DNA from: an uncultured Janthinobacterium sp.
GTDB taxonomy: Bacteria > Vulcanimicrobiota > Vulcanimicrobiia > Vulcanimicrobiales > Vulcanimicrobiaceae
Assembly: GCA_964658025.1 (NCBI GenBank)
Contig: CAZZXB010000030.1
Location: 1-13,458, forward strand
DNA length: 13,458 nucleotides
Reading direction: 5' to 3'
In this document: positions 6,099-13,458 of the stretch, one piece after another
Numbering within the stretch: position 1 is the stretch's first letter
Layout of the letters: each line of letters starts with the position of its first letter
The notes under the pieces: generated by a model
Databases searched by the model: none
What the model saw: the letters and a program-made list of their open reading frames with translations, nothing else
What the model was told of the DNA's origin: nothing
Position numbers and translations under genes: made by a program

Positions 6099-8147
6099 GT
6101 GAAGACGAATCCGTACACGTACGGCTTCGCCGCGATCGTGCTCTCGATCGTCGTGATCCTCGTCGTTCCGCTTCCCCCGCTCGTACTCGACGCGTTGCTC
6201 GCGTGCAACGTCATGGGTTCGGGGATCGTGCTCTTACTCGCGGTCACGCTGAACGATCCGCTCGAGTTCGCCGCGTTCGCGCCCGTGCTGTTGATCGCGA
6301 CGCTCTTCCGGCTCGCGCTCGACGTCTCGGCGACGCGGCTCATCCTCACGCAGGGTCACGAGCCGGGCGGCGTCGGCGCGATCATCCCCGCGTTCGGCGA
6401 ACTCGTCGTGCACGGCAACCTCGTCGTCGGACTCATCGTGTTTGCGATCCTCATCACGATCCAATTCGTCGTCATCGCGACGGGCTCGGGCCGCGTCGCG
6501 GAAGTCGCCGCGCGCTTCACGCTCGACGCGATGCCGGGCAAACAGATGGCGATCGACGCGGAGTTGCACGCGGGTTTGCTCGACGCCGAGGGCGCGCGCC
6601 GCAAACGCGCGAGCGTCCAACGCGAGGCCGATTTCTACGGCGCGATGGACGGCGCCGGCAAGTTCGTGAAAGGCGACGCGATCGCGGCGCTCGTGATCGT
6701 CGTGCTCAATCTCATCGGCGGCGTCGTCGTCGGGGTCGCGTACGACGGCATGGCGCCGCTCGAAGCGCTCGACGTGTTCGCGATCCTCTCGATCGGCAAC
6801 GCGCTCGTGACGACGTTGCCCGCGTTCTTACTCTCCACGTCGATGGGCCTCATGGTCACGCGCGTCGCGGGCGACGGATCGCTCGGCGCCGACATCGCGC
6901 TGCAGGTGCTCGAACGACCCGAAGCGCTCCGCGCCGCGGGGATCTTCGCGCTCGTGCTCGCCGTCGTCCCCGCGCTCCCGCATCTGCTCTTCGGTGCGCT
7001 CGGATGCGCGCTCTTCGCGATCGAGCGGTTCGCCGTCGTCCGGCGCCGCGGGCGTAGCGAAGCGCTACGCGCGTCGCACGACGCGGCGCGGCGCTCGGCG
7101 ATCCGGCGTCCCGAGATGGCGCTGGCACTCGTCGGAACCGACGCGCTCGCGATCGACGTCGGCGCCGATCTCGCCGCGCTCCTCGCGCCGCCGCTCGCCG
7201 ACGCCCTCCTCGATCGGATCGGCGATATCCGGCGCGCGCTCGCGACCGATATCGGGATCGTCATGCCGGGCGTCCGGCTCCGCGACGATCTCGCGAGCGA
7301 CGCCGGCGGGTACGCGATCCGCGTGCGCGACGCGGTCGCGGGTCGCGGACGCGTCCGACTCGGCGGCGTCCTCGCCGTCGCGGACGAACTCGTCCTCGAT
7401 CGCCTCGGCGGCGAACGCGTGCGCGAGCCCGTGTACGGTCTGCCCGCCGCGTGGCTCGCCGCGGACGCGCGCGAACGCGCGGTCGATGCGGGCGCGCTCG
7501 TCTTCGATCCGATTTCGGTGATCGGCTCGCATCTCTCGGAGATCGTGCGCACGCACGCGAGCGCATTACTCGGTCGTCAGGAATTGCAGACGTTGCTCGA
7601 ACATCTGCGCGCGAGCGTTCCGTCGCTCGTCAAAGAGATCGGCACGGATGCGTTGCCGTTCGCCACGGTGCATCGCGTCTACGAGGCGTTACTGCGCGAG
7701 CGCGCGTGGCCGCGCGATCCGATCGCCACGCTCGAAACGCTCGTCGATGCGGCCTCGGTCACGCGCGATCCGGGCGAACTCGTCGAGCGCGTCCGGCGAC
7801 GGATCGTCCCCGAAGCGTTCCGTCGCCGCGCGATCGACGTGCTCGAACCGATGATCGTCGCGCCCGCGTTCGAAACCGAACTCGTGTCCTGGCTCGTCGA
7901 GGGGACGCTCGCGCCGCAACCGGAGATCGCGTCGTGGTTGCGCGGTGCGTTGCAACACTACGTCGCGTCGATCCCGCGCGAGCGCGCCGCGCTCGTCTGC
8001 ACGGCGCCGCTACGACCGGCGCTCGCGGAGTTCGTCGTACGTTTCGGTCTGCGGCTCGACGTCGTCTCGTACGGCGAACTCCCGCCCGAACTGGAACTCC
8101 GTCCTCAGGTCGTGCTCGCGCCGCCCGCCGCCGTCACCGCGGCGTGA
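6099..8147 (+). CDS. flhA: Flagellar export apparatus protein FlhA (682 aa)
   Basis: VPLPPLVLD, TLFRLAL, the FHIPEP motif RVAEVAARFTLDAMPGKQMAID, EADFYGAMDGAGKFVKGDAIA, GIVMPGVRLRDD, EPVYGLPAAW, LLGRQELQ and VVSYGEL. Start placed at GTG 6099 just before TM1. Confidence 0.95.
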   Translation: MKTNPYTYGFAAIVLSIVVILVVPLPPLVLDALLACNVMGSGIVLLLAVTLNDPLEFAAFAPVLLIATLFRLALDVSATRLILTQGHEPGGVGAIIPAFGELVVHGNLVVGLIVFAILITIQFVVIATGSGRVAEVAARFTLDAMPGKQMAIDAELHAGLLDAEGARRKRASVQREADFYGAMDGAGKFVKGDAIAALVIVVLNLIGGVVVGVAYDGMAPLEALDVFAILSIGNALVTTLPAFLLSTSMGLMVTRVAGDGSLGADIALQVLERPEALRAAGIFALVLAVVPALPHLLFGALGCALFAIERFAVVRRRGRSEALRASHDAARRSAIRRPEMALALVGTDALAIDVGADLAALLAPPLADALLDRIGDIRRALATDIGIVMPGVRLRDDLASDAGGYAIRVRDAVAGRGRVRLGGVLAVADELVLDRLGGERVREPVYGLPAAWLAADARERAVDAGALVFDPISVIGSHLSEIVRTHASALLGRQELQTLLEHLRASVPSLVKEIGTDALPFATVHRVYEALLRERAWPRDPIATLETLVDAASVTRDPGELVERVRRRIVPEAFRRRAIDVLEPMIVAPAFETELVSWLVEGTLAPQPEIASWLRGALQHYVASIPRERAALVCTAPLRPALAEFVVRFGLRLDVVSYGELPPELELRPQVVLAPPAAVTAA

Positions 8148-8148
8148 G

Positions 8149-8162
8149 CGCGACCGGTCGCG
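8149..8162. terminator. Perfect 14-bp palindrome filling the gap between the convergent flhA and fur-family stop codons; possible bidirectional terminator/pause
   Basis: cgcgaccggtcgcg, flanked by TGA (8145-8147) and TCA (8163-8165). There is no U-tract, so terminator function is uncertain. Confidence 0.3.
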
Positions 8163-8579
8163 TCAGCGACGCGTGCAGGTCGGGCAGCGGCCGACGATCG
8201 TGAGCGCGCCTTCGACGTCGGTGAAGCCTTCGCGCTCGGCGATGTCCGCGGCGACTTCGGCGAGCGCGGGCGCGGCGACGTTGGCGATCCGGCCGCAGAT
8301 CGTGCAGACGAGATGGTGGTGCTTGTCGAGCGAGGCCTCGTAGCGCGCGGCGGCGCCGTGATGCGTGAAGATCTGCACGAGTCCGATCTCGCGCAAGATG
8401 TCGAGCGTACGGTAGATCGTTCCCAGGCTGACGCCCGGTTGGTCCGTTCGCACGCGATCGAGGATCGCTTCGGCGGAGAGATGGTGCCCGTCGCCGAGCG
8501 CGCGCAGGACCGCGGCACGCTGTTTCGTCAGTCGATATCGCGACTGTAGCAGGCCCGCATCGACCGCTTTCCCATCCAT
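8163..8579 (-). CDS. Fur-family transcriptional regulator (138 aa)
   Basis: RLTKQRAAVL, HLSAEAI, VSLGTIYRTLDILREIGLV, RYE..HHHLVCTICG and C-terminal GRCPTC. ATG at 8579 with SD GGAGAGG (complement of 8588-8594) 8 nt upstream. Subfamily (Fur/PerR/Zur) not resolvable by eye. Confidence 0.93.
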   Translation of the reverse strand: MDGKAVDAGLLQSRYRLTKQRAAVLRALGDGHHLSAEAILDRVRTDQPGVSLGTIYRTLDILREIGLVQIFTHHGAAARYEASLDKHHHLVCTICGRIANVAAPALAEVAADIAEREGFTDVEGALTIVGRCPTCTRR

Positions 8580-8636
8580 GCCGGACGCCTCTCCGCAGCG
8601 CGGCAGTCCGTTGCGGAATACCGGCCGCTGTCCCGT

Positions 8637-8665
8637 TTGACGGGCACAATCGACCCTGCTACAAT
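8637..8665 (+). promoter_or_regulatory. Near-consensus sigma70 promoter for secDF
   Basis: TTGACG (8637-8642), a 17-nt spacer, an extended TG (8657-8658) and TACAAT (8660-8665), ending 37 nt upstream of secD ATG 8703. Confidence 0.8.
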
Positions 8666-8702
8666 GCGTGGGTTCTCCCCTTCCTTGGGGTCTTTTTCGT
8701 CT

Positions 8703-9980
8703 ATGTGGCAACGACTCAAACCCTGGCTCACGGGCCTCTTCATCGCAGCGATCGTCGGGCTCTGTCTCTACCTCGTACTGCCGATCCAGAACAAGATCAA
8801 ACTCGGCCTCGATCTGCAAGGCGGCGTTCGCGTGCTCTTGCAGCTCAACACGAGCCCCGAAGTCCCGACGATCACGCCGCAGATCCAGGGTCAGGTGCAG
8901 CAGGTCATCGACGCGCGTATCAACGGTCTCGGCGTCACGGAGCCGCAGATCACGAGCGTCGGCAACGACCGGCTTCTCGTCGAGTTGCCGAACGTGAAGA
9001 ATCCCGACGAGGCCGTGCGCTCGCTCAAGGAAGTCGCGAAACTCGATTTCAAGATCATTCCGGAGGCCGTCAACGAACGAGCCGCGCGCGATAAAAAATA
9101 CTCCGACGATCCCAACGGCGCGTTCAAAGACAGCGGCCCGATCGTCTATACCGGTGCGGAACTCAAGAGCGCCGCGTCGTCGCCCGATCAGAGCGGCGCT
9201 GGATGGCAGATCGATTTTCAAAATAAAGATCCGCAAAAATTCGGGCGCCTGACGCAACAGAACATGGGCAAGTTGCTGGGCTTCTTTCTCGACAAGAAGT
9301 TCGTCTCGGCCGCGACGATTCAAGGCGTGATCACGGATCAGGGTCAGATCACGGGCAGCTTCACCGAAGACGACACGATCCGGCTCGCGAACGATCTCAA
9401 CGCGGGCGCGCTCCCGGTCCCCGTCACCGTGATCGAAAACGACACGGTCGGTCCGATCCTCGGCAAGGTCGACCTGCAGAAGTCGCTCTACGCGTCGATG
9501 GCGGGTCTCGGCCTCGTGTTGATCTTCATGCTCGTCGTTTATCGCCTACCGGGATTTCTCGCCGACATCGCGCTCATCGTGTACGTGCTCATGTTGCTCG
9601 GACTCTTCGCGGGCGTGCATGCGGTCCTCACGCTGCCGGGCATCGCGGGCTTCGTCCTGTCCGTCGGTATGGCGGTCGACGCGAACGTGCTGATCTTCGA
9701 ACGGCTCAAAGAAGAGATCTGGGCGGGCAAGTCGCTGCGCGCGTCGGTCGACATCGGCTTCCGTCGCGCGTGGACGGCCGTGTTCGACAGCCACTTCACG
9801 ACGATCGTCGGCGCGGGCGTGCTCTTCTTGCTCGGCACGGGCACGGTGAAGGGCTTCGCGTACACGCTCTTCTGGGGCACCGCCTTCTCGCTCTTCACGG
9901 CGACCTTCGTGACGCGCTTCCTCGTCGATCTCGTCGTCAATAACGACGTCACCGATAATCCGAAGGTCTACGGGGCCTGA
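8703..9980 (+). CDS. secD: Protein translocase subunit SecD (425 aa, compact form)
   Basis: KLGLDLQGG, RINGLGVTEPQI, LNAGALPVP, LTLPGIAG, GMAVDANVLIFERLKEE and GTGTVKGFA. The track start at 8637 falls inside the promoter, so ATG 8703 just before TM1 is preferred. Confidence 0.96.
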   Translation: MWQRLKPWLTGLFIAAIVGLCLYLVLPIQNKIKLGLDLQGGVRVLLQLNTSPEVPTITPQIQGQVQQVIDARINGLGVTEPQITSVGNDRLLVELPNVKNPDEAVRSLKEVAKLDFKIIPEAVNERAARDKKYSDDPNGAFKDSGPIVYTGAELKSAASSPDQSGAGWQIDFQNKDPQKFGRLTQQNMGKLLGFFLDKKFVSAATIQGVITDQGQITGSFTEDDTIRLANDLNAGALPVPVTVIENDTVGPILGKVDLQKSLYASMAGLGLVLIFMLVVYRLPGFLADIALIVYVLMLLGLFAGVHAVLTLPGIAGFVLSVGMAVDANVLIFERLKEEIWAGKSLRASVDIGFRRAWTAVFDSHFTTIVGAGVLFLLGTGTVKGFAYTLFWGTAFSLFTATFVTRFLVDLVVNNDVTDNPKVYGA

Positions 9981-9981
9981 T

Positions 9982-11370
9982 ATGTTTTTCCGTCGTCTGA
10001 ACTGGAACGTCGTCGGATGGTTCCGCACCGTCTCCGCGATCTCGTACGCGATCATCGCGCTCGGCGTCGTCGCGCTCTTCTGGCACGCGACGCACGCGCC
10101 GGGCGGCGGCTTCCAGCCCTCGCACGCGCTCCGTCTCGGTCTTTCGTTCACCGGCGGTACCGACGTCACGGTCACCTATAAGAAGCCGACGACGACCGCG
10201 GACCTCCAGCGGGCGCTCGCGACGATCGGCGTGACCGACGCGCGGATCAACACGCTCGGCGGCGCGAACGTCCCGGCGAACGAACGGTTCTCGATCGAAA
10301 CGCAGACCGACTTCGGCAACGACACCCCGCGCGTGTGGACGGCGCTCGGGACGGTCGGCCAAGTCGATCGCACGCAATCGCAGATCGAGGCGGTGGGACC
10401 GTCGCTCGGACGCGAGTATCTCCTCAAGGCGGCGGAAGCGCTCGTCATCGCGATCGCGATCCAATTCCTCTACATCGCCTTCCGCTTCGGCTGGAATTAC
10501 ATCTTCGGCCTCGTCGTCGTCATCGCGCTCGTCCGCGACGCGGCGATGATGGTCGGCATCTACGCGATCGCCGACCGTCGCGCCGACGACGCGTTCCTCG
10601 CCGCGGTGCTGACGGTCATCGGATACTCGGTCATGGACACGATCGTCATCCTCGATCGGATTCGCGAGAACGTGAAGATCATGTCGGGCGAGAAGTACGC
10701 GACGATCGTCAACACGTCGATCCTACAGACGATGACGCGTTCGTTCAACACGCTCGCGACCGTCGTCATCACGCTCGTCGCGCTCGTCGCCTTCGGCGGC
10801 GCGAGCCTGCAGAATTTCGCCTTCGCGCTGCTCGTCGGCATCTGCTCGGGCGGCTATCACTCGATCTTCTATTCGGCACCGCTCGTCAACGTGCTCCGCG
10901 AGCGCCAACTGCGGAGCGCGACGACGCGGCGCGACCTCGAACGCGCGGGCGAACAGGATCGTCCGCGTACGGTCGCCGAGGCGCGCGCGCAGGCCGCGAC
11001 GCTCGCCTCGCGCGAGGACGTCATGCGCGCGCGCAAGGAACGTCGCGCGCGTGAGAAGGCCGCGTCGTTACGGCAGAGCGGCGGTCCGGCGCGCTACAAG
11101 CGCCGCCGGTCGCAAGGGGTCGACGGCGCGGTCGGAGGCGGAGCCGCCGAGTACGACGCGATCGACGAGAGCGAAGAATACGAAACCGGCGTCGATCACG
11201 AACCGCACGATCGCGAATTCGCCTACGAGATGGATCCGCTCGACGCGCAGAACTCGGGCCGACACGATCGCGATTACTCGCTCGGGCACGAAGAGATCCG
11301 GCTGAATTTCGACGACGAGCCGGAGCCCGGAACGACGCCCGAACACCCGACCTCGGCGAAACACGAGTAA
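9982..11370 (+). CDS. secF: Protein translocase subunit SecF with about 157-aa C-terminal charged extension (462 aa)
   Basis: LGLSFTGG, VGPSLGRE, YIAFRF, AAVLTVIGYS.MDTIVILDRIREN, SILQTMTRSFNT and FAFALLVG. Starts 1 nt after the secD stop. Confidence 0.95.
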   Translation: MFFRRLNWNVVGWFRTVSAISYAIIALGVVALFWHATHAPGGGFQPSHALRLGLSFTGGTDVTVTYKKPTTTADLQRALATIGVTDARINTLGGANVPANERFSIETQTDFGNDTPRVWTALGTVGQVDRTQSQIEAVGPSLGREYLLKAAEALVIAIAIQFLYIAFRFGWNYIFGLVVVIALVRDAAMMVGIYAIADRRADDAFLAAVLTVIGYSVMDTIVILDRIRENVKIMSGEKYATIVNTSILQTMTRSFNTLATVVITLVALVAFGGASLQNFAFALLVGICSGGYHSIFYSAPLVNVLRERQLRSATTRRDLERAGEQDRPRTVAEARAQAATLASREDVMRARKERRAREKAASLRQSGGPARYKRRRSQGVDGAVGGGAAEYDAIDESEEYETGVDHEPHDREFAYEMDPLDAQNSGRHDRDYSLGHEEIRLNFDDEPEPGTTPEHPTSAKHE

Positions 11371-13458
11371 TCCGAACCGCCGACTTCCGGCGCCGACGGC
11401 GTCGGAAGCGGCATTCGAGCGGCTTCTCGAAGACTTCGACGCGATCGACGAACGCGCGCCGCAAACGACGCGGGTCGCGCGATCGGAGCCCGAACACCAC
11501 GCGGCTCACGGCGATCGGGCGAATGCGAACGCGAACGAGGGCGTCGGCCCGCGACCCGGCGGCGCGCCGGCCGACGTCGGATCGCCGGACGAGCCCGCGT
11601 CCGACGCGTCGCGGGCGCCCGAGGCGGAAGCGGATCTCGACGACGCGGCGTTTCTCGATCGACTCTTCGATCGGCGCGAGAGGTATCTCGCGCGGGATCG
11701 TTTCGCGTCGATCGGCGAGGCCGACGCGTTTTTCACGAAGATCGTCGGCGTCACGTTCGAAGGTCGACAGGACGTCGTCGCGGGTTTGAGCGCGGGACAA
11801 CCGCTCGCGCTCGTGCGCGACGCGGAGAACGCCTACGACGGCAACGCGATCGCCGTGCGCTTCGGCACGTTACCGCTCGGCTTCGTGCGACGCGAGATCG
11901 CGAAGCATCTCGCGCCGAAGATGGACGCGGGAGATCGCTACGAGGCGCACGTCGCGAGCGTGACCGGCGGCGGCGATCGCAGCGTCGGCGTGAACGTCTT
12001 CGTGCGCCGAACGCGCGCACGCGCGCCTGCGGCGCGGGCGCGGGCGGAAGCGGCGCGCGAGCTCGCGTCGACCGATGCGTTACGCGTCGCGCTGATCGGC
12101 GAGCGACCGGTCAGAGAGGCACAACGCGCGGTTCTCGACCGCGTGGAAGCCGGGCACAACACGCTCGCGATCCTCGGCACGGGTCGCGGGAAGTCGTTCT
12201 GCTTCCAACTCCCCGCCGCGCGCGCGGCGCTGGAACGGGGCGCGAAGACGCTCGTGTTCTATCCGCTCCGCGCGCTCGCGAACGATCAGTTCGAAGCGCT
12301 GGTCCGACGCCTCGACGGCTTCGGGCTGCGGATCTTTCGGGCCAACGGGTCGATCGACGCGGGCGAACGCGCGGCGCTCGACGACGCGCTCGCGGACGGC
12401 GCGTGGGACGTCGTCCTCGCGACGCCCGAATTCGCGACGTACCATCGCGACGCGTTCGTGCGGCCCGAAAATCGCCCCGCGCTCGTGGTCGTCGACGAAG
12501 CGCACCACATCTTCGAATCGCGCCATCGGCCCGCATATCGCGCGCTCGGCGATCTCGTCCGCGAGCTCGGCTCGCCGCAGGTGCTCGCGCTCACGGCGAC
12601 CGCGAAGGAGGACGCGTTCCGCGAGATCCGCCGCGCGCTCGCGATCGACGCGTGGGTGATCGATCCGACGGTCCGCGAGAACCTCCATCTCGTCGACGCG
12701 CGCAACACCACGGACAAGCACGCCTATCTCGCGCGCGAACTCGACGGCGAGGGCAAGGCGATCGTGTACTGCAATTCGCGCGCGGAGGTGACGAAGCTCG
12801 CGGAACGTCTGCGCGTGCGGCTCGGTCCGATCGTCGGCTTCTATCACGCCGGCATTCCCGCGCCGGAACGCGCGCGCGTCGAGGCGCTGTTCCGTAGCGG
12901 CGCGATCCGCGCGATCGTCGCGACGTCGGCGTTCGGCGAGGGCATCGATCTCCCCGACGTGCGCGACGTCGTACTCTATCATCTCAATTTCGACTTCACG
13001 GAATTCAATCAGATGTCGGGTCGCGCGGGGCGCGACGGGCTCGACGCGCGCATCCATCTGCTCTACGGCGAGAGCGACCGCCGGATCAACGACTTCATCA
13101 TCGGGCGCGGCGCGCCGACGCTCGAGACGTTGCGCGAATGCTACCGCGGCATGCGCGGTCTCGCGCGCGGCGGCGTCGTGCGGGCCACGTTCGAGGATAT
13201 GGCGCGCACGCTCGATCTCGACGCGGCCGACGGTTCGACGATCGGCGCGGCGACGCGGATCTTCGAGGAAGCGGGACTCGTCGAGACGGGCACGGACGAC
13301 GACGGACGCTTCGTCCGTTTTCTCGAACGCAAAGAGCGAGTCGATCTCACCGCGACGTCGCGTTTCGCCGAAGGCCAAGCCGAACGCGACGGCTTCGAGC
13401 GTTTCTGCGAGCTCGCGTTGCACGCGGAGGCGCTCGCCCTCGAACAGATCGTCAATCG
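11363..13458 (+). CDS. HIRAN-domain RecQ-like DEAH-box helicase with RecJ-type C-terminal domain; 3' end beyond window, start uncertain
   Basis: Absent from the ORF track because there is no stop in the window. Frame 2 is open from 11306 to the end. HIRAN: FFTKIVGVTFEGRQ..LVRDAENAYDGNAIAV..LGFV. Helicase: motif I GTGRGKSFCFQLPA, Ia YPLRALANDQ, TPE, DEAH (12494-12505), LALTATA, IVYCNSR, YHAG, VATSAFGEGIDLPDVR and QMSGRAGRDG. Confidence 0.9.

Noticed and set aside
8580..9323. 386-aa minus-strand ORF suggesting a long N-terminal extension on Fur
   Set aside because: The extension is antisense to secD and its promoter. A good SD and ATG exist at 8579.
12080..13423. 447-aa minus-strand ORF, and other long antisense ORFs such as 202..1065 and 6635..7552
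   Set aside because: Antisense mirrors of well-supported + strand genes, with no recognisable motifs.
1..13458. tRNA, rRNA, CRISPR, IS or prophage features
   Set aside because: None seen. The window is almost fully coding, with spacers under 150 nt and no transposase, integrase or regularly spaced repeats.

Overview
Very GC-rich bacterial chromosomal window with a Terrabacteria-like gene order. Eremiobacterota is a guess from style only and is not provable here. Positions 1-8147 hold a streamlined, strongly diverged flagellar-type export cluster on the + strand: a partial FliK-like C-terminus, a FlgE/FlgG-family rod/hook protein, a FliM-like protein, fliN, fliP, metF (interrupting the cluster), fliQ, fliR, flhB and flhA. 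Almost every flagellar gene starts with GTG in a GTGA overlap. A Fur-family regulator on the - strand converges on flhA and diverges from a near-consensus sigma70 promoter that drives secD-secF. SecF carries a long charged tail. It is followed by an ORF missing from the supplied track (11306/11363 to the window end) encoding HIRAN + RecQ-like DEAH helicase + a RecJ-type C-terminal domain, with no DHH nuclease and no canonical start codon upstream of its conserved region. Most long ORFs in the track are GC-driven shadow frames. All family assignments come from motif recognition by eye, not from database searches.
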